NCBI GenBank assembly: GCA_964516865.1
Contig: CAZEXD010000002.1
Span: forward strand, 863 to 32,862
DNA length: 32,000 nt
Source: an uncultured Candidatus Saccharibacteria bacterium
GTDB taxonomy: Bacteria > Patescibacteriota > Minisyncoccia > Minisyncoccales > Staskawiczbacteraceae
Direction of reading: 5' to 3'
Shown: positions 24,617-32,000 of the stretch, piece by piece
Layout: every line of letters begins with the position of its first letter
How positions within the stretch are numbered: the stretch's first letter is position 1
Translations under genes and position numbers: made by a program
Notes under the pieces: model-generated
What the model saw: only the letters and a program-made list of their open reading frames with translations
What the model was told of the DNA's origin: nothing
Database searches by the model: none

Positions 24617-24657
24617 GATTCATCTGCTAAGCAGATGAATCGGCGGAGAAACTCCGC
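24617..24657 (-). promoter_or_regulatory. Two adjacent perfect hairpins between the DUF167 gene and the 255-aa gene
   Basis: gattcatctgc-taa-gcagatgaatc (24617-24641, 11 bp) and gcggag-aaa-ctccgc (24643-24657, 6 bp). On the minus strand the long hairpin is followed by UUUCUG. Could be a terminator or a leader element. Confidence 0.5.
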
Positions 24658-24672
24658 AATTCCAATTTTATA

Positions 24673-24903
24673 TTATAATTCATGCCAGTCAATCTCCAAA
24701 ACTTTTTGTCGCGAAGAGGCGCCAGAAACAAGCAAAATATCGGATTCTTTGATATTAAAATAATCTGCAATAAGGCGAATGACCGCTTCGTTCGCTTTTC
24801 CCCCTTCGGGCGATTCTGTTACCCACACCTTAAAATGATTATCGTTCATTTTTTCTATTTTAGCCATCTTCGCTTTCGGAATTACTTTTACGAAAATTCG
24901 CAT
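24673..24903 (-). CDS. DUF167/YggU-like small protein
   Basis: 76 aa. VKVIPKAKMAKIE...GGKANEAVIRLIADYF...I.LVSGASSRQKV resembles the YggU family pattern. Confidence 0.65.
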   Translation of the reverse strand: MRIFVKVIPKAKMAKIEKMNDNHFKVWVTESPEGGKANEAVIRLIADYFNIKESDILLVSGASSRQKVLEIDWHEL

Positions 24904-24927
24904 ATTGAGAGGGTTATTAACAAACCC

Positions 24928-25605
24928 CTAATCAAGAATGCTTTTAGGTCGACTTTTTTTTATAACTTTGTGGATTAAATAAAAGATAGAGCCCACCACT
25001 GTTATAAAAACAACAATCGCCATTGCTCCAAATATAACAAAAGGTGTTTTAAAAAATTCAGAAACAGGGGTATTAAAAAAATCTTTTTTTAACTTAGGGA
25101 GTATTAAGTAAAATTTTAAAATCTCGCCTAAAGAAAACTTTTCAGTTTTGCCGATTGCCAACACATATTTACCTTGGTTATTATTTCCGGAAATAATAAT
25201 TTGATAAGAGCCGGCGGGAACAGTCTTTTCAAATTCCGGACCCTTTAAATAATAATCGCGACCAAAACTTTCCCAAAAAATTTCCCAATCGGTTCCTCCC
25301 GCATCGACAAAGGCAATAAGTTCTTTTTTGTTGTTTTTTATTTTAAAAATATTCGCTGAATACCTACCCTTGGGATTAGAAGACAAGGGAACCAAAATGT
25401 TTATATATAAATCAAAGTCCTTAAAAGATTCAATTATATATTCTGTTGGGGCGCCATCTAATTCAGCATAAAACGCTTGAGAAATTTCGGGATTTTGAAC
25501 CAAAATTTGATTTCCTTTCACTATTCTCGGCAAATGAGCATAAGCCGGCTTAATTGCAAGGAAAGAAAAAAAGATAATTGTAAAAAACAAAATATTTTTT
25601 TTCAT
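24928..25605 (-). CDS. Exported protein with a C-terminal TM anchor, unknown function
   Basis: Signal peptide MKKNILFFTIIFFSFLAIKPAYA, then HLPRIV..., with the hydrophobic helix FVIFGAMAIVVFITVVGSIFYLI near the C-terminus. Confidence 0.6.
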   Translation of the reverse strand: MKKNILFFTIIFFSFLAIKPAYAHLPRIVKGNQILVQNPEISQAFYAELDGAPTEYIIESFKDFDLYINILVPLSSNPKGRYSANIFKIKNNKKELIAFVDAGGTDWEIFWESFGRDYYLKGPEFEKTVPAGSYQIIISGNNNQGKYVLAIGKTEKFSLGEILKFYLILPKLKKDFFNTPVSEFFKTPFVIFGAMAIVVFITVVGSIFYLIHKVIKKSRPKSILD

Positions 25606-25614
25606 TTATTTTCG

Positions 25615-25764
25615 CTAATTTTTTATATTGCGATGTTCTAACCGCTTTGCCAAATCCCAAAGTCTCGATACTGATTTGGATAATGTGATATTTTTATTTT
25701 TGAGAATCTTTTTTCGATATTCTTTTTTTGTTTTTTGCGAAAGAAGAGAAAATTTTTTCTTCAT
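25615..25764 (-). CDS. Possible 49-aa basic small protein (below the ORF-track cutoff)
   Basis: ATG at 25764 to TAG at 25615-25617: MKKKFSLLSQKTKKEYRKKILKNKNITLSKSVSRLWDLAKRLEHRNIKN. It fills an otherwise empty 190-bp gap. No clear SD. Confidence 0.25.
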   Translation of the reverse strand: MKKKFSLLSQKTKKEYRKKILKNKNITLSKSVSRLWDLAKRLEHRNIKN

Positions 25765-25798
25765 TTTATTTCTTTTTTAAATTTTTATATCTCTGTCC

Positions 25799-26653
25799 CT
25801 AAAACTCTTTATTAATTTTTGGATTTTTTCTCGCAAAATACAAAAATGACTTTAACCATTTTTCTTTGTCTCCACATTCCAACCATTCGCCCTTAACCTC
25901 ATAGCCGTAAATTATCTTTCCTTCGTTTAACATTTTTTCCAAAACTTCGGCTAAAATTATTTCTCCTCGACTAGAGGGGCTTGCTTTTTTAAGATAAACA
26001 AAAACTTCGGGCGTTAAAACATATTTTCCAATAATCGCCAAATCAGATGGCGCATTTTCCTTTTCCGGCTTCTCTACAATTTTTTTAATTTTATAAAGAC
26101 GATTGGCGATTTTTTCCATTTCCACCACTCCGTACGCTGAAATATTTTCTTTTGGTACTCTTTTTAACGCCAATACTGGCGCGTTACAAGTTTTGTAAAT
26201 ATCAATTAATTGAGACAAAACCGGCACTGCGCTATCAACAATATCATCAACAAATAAAACGCCGAACGATTCGTCCCCGATTAATTTTGCCGCCTGTAAA
26301 ATAGCATGGCCGTCTCCCAGCGGTTTATTTTGATTAACAAATTGAATATTAAGACTCTCCAATATTGATTCAAACTCTTTTAATTCTTTTAAAAGTTCTT
26401 CTTTTTTCTTTTTTAATAAAATCTTTTCCAGTTCTTTTGCCGGCTTTACATAATTTATTATCATTTTTTGATTCGGATTTATCACAAAAACGATCTCGGT
26501 TATACCTGATTTTTTTGCTTCTTCAATAATATATTGAACCATTGGTTTATCCACTAAGGGAAAAAATTCTTTGGGAATTACTTTGGAAAGAGGGAGAAAC
26601 CTTGTTCCCATGCCGCCAATGGGAATTATTACTTTTTTAATTTCATTATTCAT
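25799..26653 (-). CDS. galU: UTP--glucose-1-phosphate uridylyltransferase
   Basis: MNNEIKKVIIPIGGMGTRFLPLSKVIPKE matches the GalU N-terminus. The ATG at 26653 is preferred over the GTG at 26695. Confidence 0.85.
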   Translation of the reverse strand: MNNEIKKVIIPIGGMGTRFLPLSKVIPKEFFPLVDKPMVQYIIEEAKKSGITEIVFVINPNQKMIINYVKPAKELEKILLKKKKEELLKELKEFESILESLNIQFVNQNKPLGDGHAILQAAKLIGDESFGVLFVDDIVDSAVPVLSQLIDIYKTCNAPVLALKRVPKENISAYGVVEMEKIANRLYKIKKIVEKPEKENAPSDLAIIGKYVLTPEVFVYLKKASPSSRGEIILAEVLEKMLNEGKIIYGYEVKGEWLECGDKEKWLKSFLYFARKNPKINKEF

Positions 26654-26733
26654 GTAACTTAGTAAAAGCAATACCAAATAAGTGTTGCCTGCCACATTTA
26701 TGTTAGGGGGAAATTATTTTATCGGCATACTCA

Positions 26734-26767
26734 TTGATATTACTTGATATTACTTTTTGATATTACT
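26734..26767. repeat. Three direct copies of TTGATATTACT
   Basis: Copies at 26734-26744, 26744-26754 and 26757-26767, between the ftsZ stop and the galU start. Confidence 0.85.
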
Positions 26768-28198
26768 TTAGAGCTTTAATTTCATTTTTCTTAAAAAAGT
26801 GGGGATTTCCCATTCTTCTTCTTGTTTTAATCTTTTGCCTTCTTCTATCTCTTGAGCTTTTTTAATTTCTAATGCTGTTCTTCGAATCGTTTCTTTTTTT
26901 TCTTTTTTATCGCTAACTAAATCAATATTAATTGGCTCGTTAATGTTAGATATAATATTGCTCTCTTGTTCTTTTTGGGGTTTCTTTTTACTTTCCTTCG
27001 TTTTTATTTTTTTCTTTGCTGTCTCTGTTGGTTTTTTTTCTTTTGATTTTTTTTCTTTAGGCGAAGAAACTGAAATAGAATGGCCAGTAATTAAAATTGT
27101 AGTTTTAATTTTATTATTTCTTCTTAAATTTTGAGAAATTCCAAAAATGATTTTCGCTTTTGGATTAAGTTCTGCTATTTGCCGGCTAATTTTTTCCACC
27201 TCTAGCATGCTTAAATTATTGCTGCCACTGATGTTAAATAATATCTTTTCTGCTTCGACATTGCTGTTAAATAAAGGATTGTGAATAATTTTGGCAATTA
27301 TCTTTTCCGCCCGATTTTTTCCCGACGCCTCCACGGTGTTTAAAAAAGCAAGCATTCCTCGGCCCTTTAAAATGGTTCGGAGATCCGCAAAATCAATATT
27401 TATCAAGCCTGGATTATAGATTATATCAATTAAACTTTCTAACGAGTTAATTAAATTTTTATTTACCAACGAAAAGGCACTGCTGATAGATGTTTTTTCG
27501 TCAATAATTTTGAAAATTCTCTCATTGGAAATAGTAATGATAGCATTTAAATTTTCTCTTAATTTTTTAATCGCACCTTGACTGATATTGGCTTTTTTTC
27601 TGCCTTCAAATTTAAAAGGAGTGGTAAAAATCCCTAAAGTAACATTTCCCTTTTTTCGGCTTTCTTCCGCGAAAATTGGAGTGGCTCCGGAACCAACTCC
27701 GCCACCCAACGAAGCCACTAAAATCACTATATCTTGCTCCTCCATTAATTTTGCTATTTTTTCTCTTTCTTTTTCTGCCACTTCTCGGCCCAAATCAAGA
27801 TTCATTCCGGTGCCCAAACCATGAGTAACTTCTTCACCAAAGTAAAAATATTTTATTCCTGACTTATTTTTATTTGCCCGAATATCGGTGTCGGCAATTA
27901 CAAAACTGGCTTTTTTTAATGACTTTTTGAATTCCGAAACAATGGCTCCCCCGCCCCCACCAATTCCAATAACCTTTATCTTGGGTCTAAATATCGCTTT
28001 GCTAGTGGAATTGTTCAAAACCATCTCGTTTTTTTCAAAAACATTTTTTCTCTTTTTTATATTTTTCTTTGCGCCAAAAGACAATTTCGCTGTTTTTTTC
28101 CGGCGAACCTGAGGTTTTGTTTTCCTTTTCTTCGTTTTCAAGACCACCCTCAAAACCTTCTTTCTCTTTTTCTTGTTTTTTGCCTTTTTCATAAACAT
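26768..28198 (-). CDS. ftsZ: Cell division protein FtsZ with poly-basic N-terminal extension and long Lys-rich C-terminal linker
   Basis: IKVIGIGGGGGAIVSE, GLGTGMN, LGGGVGSGATPIFAE, and the C-terminal conserved peptide EIPTFLRKM. About 70 aa of K/R-rich sequence precede the core. Confidence 0.9.
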   Translation of the reverse strand: MFMKKAKNKKKRKKVLRVVLKTKKRKTKPQVRRKKTAKLSFGAKKNIKKRKNVFEKNEMVLNNSTSKAIFRPKIKVIGIGGGGGAIVSEFKKSLKKASFVIADTDIRANKNKSGIKYFYFGEEVTHGLGTGMNLDLGREVAEKEREKIAKLMEEQDIVILVASLGGGVGSGATPIFAEESRKKGNVTLGIFTTPFKFEGRKKANISQGAIKKLRENLNAIITISNERIFKIIDEKTSISSAFSLVNKNLINSLESLIDIIYNPGLINIDFADLRTILKGRGMLAFLNTVEASGKNRAEKIIAKIIHNPLFNSNVEAEKILFNISGSNNLSMLEVEKISRQIAELNPKAKIIFGISQNLRRNNKIKTTILITGHSISVSSPKEKKSKEKKPTETAKKKIKTKESKKKPQKEQESNIISNINEPINIDLVSDKKEKKETIRRTALEIKKAQEIEEGKRLKQEEEWEIPTFLRKMKLKL

Positions 28199-28338
28199 TA
28201 TATTATTTTATCTTTATCATCAAAAAAAAGCAAGAAAAACAAGGTCAACCCTCTTCTTGTAAAAACACCAATTAATGAAATTTTATAATCTTTTTACCCT
28301 TTTTTACGCTTTTTTTATACGCTTTTATCTTAGGAGGT

Positions 28339-28366
28339 TGACTAAAAAAATACGTTTTTTACAATA
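28339..28366 (+). promoter_or_regulatory. Candidate promoter of hsp20
   Basis: TTGACT (28339-28344), 16 nt, TACAAT (28361-28366). Confidence 0.55.
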
Positions 28367-28421
28367 AAAATAAAAGGTCGGCTATATTTATTATTAAAAA
28401 TTTAAAAGGTTTAAAAGAAAT

Positions 28422-28847
28422 ATGTCACTCATTCCGTGGAAACCATTTTCCGACTTGGGTAAATTTTTCGAAGACGATGACTGGTTTCTGCCGGTCTTTC
28501 CCCGTTTAGATTTTTCAAAACCGGCGATGGATATAAAAGAAACCGAAAATGATGTTATTGCCGAAATTGAGCTTCCCGGCTTTGATCCGAAAAACATTGA
28601 AGTGTCAGTAGAAAAGGGAGTTCTAAAAGTAAGCGGGAAAATGGATGAAAAAAAGGAAGAAAAGGAAAAAGGATATTGGAGAAAAGAAATTCGCCGAGGT
28701 TCTTTTGAAAGAATGGTGCGCCTACCAGTCTCGGTCAAAGAAAATGCGGCAGAGGCAACTTATGAAAAAGGAATTCTTAAGATTGTAATGCCAAAAGCCG
28801 AAACCAAGCCGACAGCAAAAGTAAAAATTCAAGTAAAAGGAAAATAA
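28422..28847 (+). CDS. Small heat shock protein (Hsp20/alpha-crystallin family)
   Basis: PAMDIKETENDVIAEIELPGFDPKNIEVSVEKGVLKVSG ... SFERMVRLP ... ATYEKGILKIVMPK alpha-crystallin domain pattern. Confidence 0.88.
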   Translation: MSLIPWKPFSDLGKFFEDDDWFLPVFPRLDFSKPAMDIKETENDVIAEIELPGFDPKNIEVSVEKGVLKVSGKMDEKKEEKEKGYWRKEIRRGSFERMVRLPVSVKENAAEATYEKGILKIVMPKAETKPTAKVKIQVKGK

Positions 28848-28868
28848 AAAACGATATCTTCAAAAAAC

Positions 28869-28895
28869 AAAAATCCCCGTTGGCGGGGATTTTTG
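28869..28895 (+). terminator. Intrinsic terminator after hsp20
   Basis: atccccg (28873-28879), ttgg loop, cggggat (28884-28890), then TTTT. An A-run upstream makes it potentially bidirectional. Confidence 0.75.
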
Positions 28896-29016
28896 TAAAG
28901 GTTTTGCGAGGTTTTTCAGTTTTGCTTCTTTATTTAAAATTAACTCTTACAAACCGGTATTACCCTTTGTGGGTCAGTATAGTATTTTATTTTTCTCAAA
29001 AATTATTTTGAAAAAA

Positions 29017-29433
29017 TTACTCTTGGCAATCTTGAGGACAACTTTCCGGCGTTTCAAGGCAAGGACAATTCATATCATCGGTACAAACTATCATTTGGCA
29101 AATTCCGTCACCGCAATCGTCGCGGCAAATAACAAGTTCTTTATTTTGCTCTTTGTTTTGCTCTTTATTTTCTTTATTATTTCCTTCTTTTTCCTCTACC
29201 GGACTTTTACTTTCGTTATTAGCCGACTCCATCTGTTCCGATTCTTGTTCTGTTTGGTTTTCCATTTTATCATTAGTTTGTTCATTGGACGGCTGTTCTG
29301 GAGGTGGTGTCGGTCTTTCTTGGAAAAAAACAAAGCGCCAATGCCGGAAAAAAACGCCATAACCCACCAATCCTATTAAAATCACCGCAATTAAAATAAT
29401 AATTACAAAATAAAAAATTTTTTTGTTTAACAT
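29017..29433 (-). CDS. Membrane-anchored protein with acidic low-complexity linker and C-terminal Cys-rich module
   Basis: TM helix FYFVIIILIAVILIGLVGYGVFF, an E/Q/N/K-rich linker, and the C-terminus CRDDCGDGICQMIVCTDDMNCPCLETPESCPQDCQE (9 Cys in 36 aa). Confidence 0.6.
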   Translation of the reverse strand: MLNKKIFYFVIIILIAVILIGLVGYGVFFRHWRFVFFQERPTPPPEQPSNEQTNDKMENQTEQESEQMESANNESKSPVEEKEGNNKENKEQNKEQNKELVICRDDCGDGICQMIVCTDDMNCPCLETPESCPQDCQE

Positions 29434-29571
29434 ATTTTTATTTTTATTAAATAATATTTTTTCTGTTTGGCCTTTTTTGCTTTTTAAAAAAATAGAAATT
29501 TCTGCTCAAGTTTTTTCTAAAAATTTGGGCAAAACAAACTGAACAATCTAAAAGCAATTATAAAATTTTTC

Positions 29572-29599
29572 TTGTTATTTTGCAAAAAGGGGCTATAAT
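29572..29599 (+). promoter_or_regulatory. Candidate uvrB promoter
   Basis: TTGTTA (29572-29577), 16 nt, TATAAT (29594-29599). Confidence 0.4.
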
Positions 29600-29695
29600 A
29601 AATTATACTATTTATCATTTGGAATTAATAGGCTGATGATACCCCTTATAATTCTCAAAAGAGGGGTTTTTCCCTTATTTAATTAAAAAAAATAT

Positions 29696-31519
29696 ATGTT
29701 TAAACTTAAAGCATTATATAAACCAACCGGTGATCAACCAAAAGCCATAAAACAATTAGTTGATGGCCTAAAAAAGAATTATCGTTTTCAAACGCTTTTG
29801 GGCGTCACAGGAAGCGGGAAAACTTTCACTATGGCAAATGTTATTTCCCGCTTTGATAAACCAATTTTGGTAATTGCGCCAAACAAAACCCTCGCTGCCC
29901 AACTCTATCGCGAATACAAAACATTTTTTCCAGAAAACGAGGTCTGTTATTTTGTTTCCTATTACGACTTTTATCAACCCGAGGCCTATATTCCCATTAC
30001 CGACACCTATATTGCCAAAGAGGCGGTTATTAATGAAGAAATTGACCGTCTGCGCCACAAAGCCACTTCTGCTCTGCTTAAAAGAAAAGACGTCATTATT
30101 GTTGCTTCAGTGTCTTGTATTTATAATCTGGGGCTACCCTCAAATTATTTTTCTTCAGCCATTCATTTAGAATTGAATCAACCAATCACCCGCAATGACC
30201 TAATCAAACAACTGATTAAAATTCATTTTGAAAGAACCAATAGCGATTTAAAGCGGGGCGCTTTTCGGATTCGCGGCGATACTTTTGAGTTAATTCCCGC
30301 GGCCGGCGAAGTGATTCAGCGTATTGAATTAAAAGACCAAAAAATTTCCAAACTTGCCATTGTTGATCCTATTACTCGCCATCTTAAAAAAGATTTAAAT
30401 GAACTAATTATTTTTCCTATTAAACACTTCATCTCCACCCTTCCCCAAAGAGAACAAGCAATTAAAAATATCAAAGACGAACTTGAAGAAAGAATTAAAT
30501 TTTTTCTTAAAAATAAAAAATTTTTAGAAGCCGAACGTTTAGAGCGCCGAACCAAAAACGATTTAATGATGATTAAAAATTTGGGTTATTGCCACGGCGT
30601 TGAAAATTATTCTCGCCATTTATTAAATAAACTGCCGGGCGAACCGCCGGAAACACTACTTTCTTATTTCCCCCGTTGCGAAAACAAGCCAGATTTTATC
30701 ACCATAATTGACGAATCCCATATTGCGGTACCGCAAATTCGCGGCATGTATGAAGGCGATCGTTCCCGCAAAGAAACGCTTGTGGAATACGGATTTCGCT
30801 TGCCGTCAGCATTAGATAATCGACCTTTAAAATTCAAAGAATTTTTAGAAAGAACCGGTCCCATTATTTTTACTTCTGCCACCCCTGGCCATTATGAACA
30901 CAAAGCATCCGAACAAATTGTTGAACAAATTATTCGTCCGACTTTTCTTGTCGATCCGGCAATAGAAATTCGTCCTGTTTTTGACAAAAAGAAAAGCCAA
31001 ATTGACGACATTATTAAAGAAATTAAAAATGTTGTTAAAAAGAAAGGCCGAGTTTTAATTAATACCCTAACCAAAAAAACCGCAGAAGAACTAACTGATT
31101 ATTTAAATAGCCGCGACATTAAAGCCAATTACATCCACGCAGACACCAAAACGATTGAACGCGCCGAAATTTTAACCAACTTCCGCAAGGGAATTTTTGA
31201 TGTTTTGGTGGGTGTTAATCTATTAAGAGAAGGTTTAGATTTGCCCGAGGTGCAAATTGTTGCCATTTTAGACGCTGACCGGGAGGGATTTTTAAGAAGC
31301 GAGGTTTCTTTAATCCAATTAATGGGTCGCGCCTCGCGGAATGTCAAAGGAAAAATTATTTTATATGCTGATACGCTAACAAAATCAATTAAAAATGCTG
31401 TTAACGAAGCCAATCGCCGTCGAAAAATCCAACTTGAGTACAACAAAAAACACCACATTGTTCCTAAAAGTATTAAAAAAGAAGTACTCGCTCTAATTGA
31501 AAAAGAAGATTTAAAATAA
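29696..31519 (+). CDS. uvrB: Excinuclease ABC subunit B (short form, no C-terminal UVR domain)
   Basis: KPTGDQPKAIKQL, GVTGSGKTFTMANVI, helicase motifs DESH and LLREGLDLPEV, and the C-terminal RRKIQLEYNKKHHIVPKSI. Confidence 0.92.
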   Translation: MFKLKALYKPTGDQPKAIKQLVDGLKKNYRFQTLLGVTGSGKTFTMANVISRFDKPILVIAPNKTLAAQLYREYKTFFPENEVCYFVSYYDFYQPEAYIPITDTYIAKEAVINEEIDRLRHKATSALLKRKDVIIVASVSCIYNLGLPSNYFSSAIHLELNQPITRNDLIKQLIKIHFERTNSDLKRGAFRIRGDTFELIPAAGEVIQRIELKDQKISKLAIVDPITRHLKKDLNELIIFPIKHFISTLPQREQAIKNIKDELEERIKFFLKNKKFLEAERLERRTKNDLMMIKNLGYCHGVENYSRHLLNKLPGEPPETLLSYFPRCENKPDFITIIDESHIAVPQIRGMYEGDRSRKETLVEYGFRLPSALDNRPLKFKEFLERTGPIIFTSATPGHYEHKASEQIVEQIIRPTFLVDPAIEIRPVFDKKKSQIDDIIKEIKNVVKKKGRVLINTLTKKTAEELTDYLNSRDIKANYIHADTKTIERAEILTNFRKGIFDVLVGVNLLREGLDLPEVQIVAILDADREGFLRSEVSLIQLMGRASRNVKGKIILYADTLTKSIKNAVNEANRRRKIQLEYNKKHHIVPKSIKKEVLALIEKEDLK

Positions 31520-31540
31520 CTATATTTATTTTTAAAAGAT

Positions 31541-32000
31541 ATGGAAGAAAAAATTAAAATTATTGGCGCTCGAACGCACAATTTAAAAAATATTAATTTG
31601 GAATTGCCAAAAAATCAATTGATTGTATTTACCGGCCTTTCCGGCAGCGGCAAATCGTCGTTGGCTTTTGATACTCTTTTTGCCGAAGGTCAAAGGCGAT
31701 ATATTGAATCGCTTTCTCCTTATGCGCGGCAATTCTTGGGTCAAATGGAAAAACCAGATATTGACGACATCGAGGGGTTATCGCCCGCCATTGCCATCAA
31801 TCAAAAAGCCCTTTCTCATAATCCTCGCTCTATTGTCGCGACCCTCACAGAAATTTATGATTATTTGCGCGTCCTTTTCGCCAGAATTGGTAAACCCTAT
31901 TGTCCCCTTTGCGGCAATCCTATTGAAAAACTGTCACCAGATGAAATTTTTAATTTGATTTTAGAAAAAGCTAAAGAACTGAAACTTGATTTTGTCACTG
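31541..32000 (+). CDS. uvrA: Excinuclease ABC subunit A, N-terminal part (runs off the right edge)
   Basis: From the ATG at 31541: [59 protein letters not shown]...CPLCG. Not in the ORF track because it has no stop within the window. Confidence 0.9.
   Translation, partial: MEEKIKIIGARTHNLKNINLELPKNQLIVFTGLSGSGKSSLAFDTLFAEGQRRYIESLSPYARQFLGQMEKPDIDDIEGLSPAIAINQKALSHNPRSIVATLTEIYDYLRVLFARIGKPYCPLCGNPIEKLSPDEIFNLILEKAKELKLDFVT

Noticed and set aside
28394-28738. Minus-strand 114-aa ORF antisense to hsp20
   Set aside because: The plus-strand ORF is a clear alpha-crystallin protein with a promoter and terminator. The antisense translation is Ser/Phe-rich low-complexity.
29642-29671. Short hairpin (cccct/agggg) plus T5 in the uvrB leader as a possible attenuator
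   Set aside because: It has only 5-6 bp and a 14-nt loop, with no alternative antiterminator pairing visible. No SOS (LexA) box was recognisable either.
1-32000. Alternative genetic code with UGA recoded, as in some CPR-adjacent lineages
   Set aside because: TGA terminates prfA (3692-3694) and trxB (20055-20057) at positions consistent with homolog lengths. None of the well-conserved genes needs an in-frame TGA to be read through.
1-32000. CRISPR arrays, rRNA genes, intact prophage or defence-system genes
   Set aside because: No regularly spaced repeat-spacer pattern, no rRNA-like conserved blocks, and no nuclease/ATPase/methyltransferase-type ORFs were seen. The repeats present are the 16-bp triplet, the 11-bp triplet, the 507-bp duplication and the 26-bp pair described above.

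Overview
AT-rich, tightly packed bacterial chromosome segment with almost every gene on the minus strand. The small or truncated housekeeping proteins and the fermentative gene content suggest a Candidate Phyla Radiation/Patescibacteria-like organism (inference only). The standard genetic code is supported: TGA is the terminal stop of prfA and trxB, and no conserved gene has an in-frame TGA. Core content: rpsB-tsf, rpmE, a short RF1, a coiled-coil lytic transglycosylase, L25/Ctc, ferredoxin, class II FBA, a PfkB kinase, PEP synthase, acetate kinase plus a PduL-type phosphotransacylase, GAPDH, glutaredoxin-like and DsbA-like proteins, gpmA, eno, trxB, a two-gene [NiFe]-hydrogenase, a DUF167-like protein, galU, ftsZ, hsp20, uvrB and the start of uvrA. 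The most interesting part is a roughly 3.6 kb accessory insert (12.2-15.8 kb) between pduL and gap. It holds a homopolymer-frameshifted small membrane protein gene and a 100% identical 507-bp tandem duplication carrying a 137-aa membrane protein gene. It also holds two adjacent plus-strand, GC-rich, highly structured RNA genes that share sequence blocks and each have their own promoter and intrinsic terminator; I cannot assign them to a known RNA family. Last, it holds a membrane-anchored clan-CD-like cysteine peptidase gene bracketed by a 26-bp direct repeat that duplicates the 3' end of gap. Other oddities: a tRNA-Thr with a non-canonical D-loop/T-loop next to three palindromic 16-bp repeats and a dead transposase, an RF1 lacking domain 1, a TrxR lacking the NADPH HRRxxxR motif, a hydrogenase large subunit ending exactly at DPCxxCxxH, an FtsZ with a poly-basic N-terminal extension, and a UvrB without the C-terminal UVR domain.
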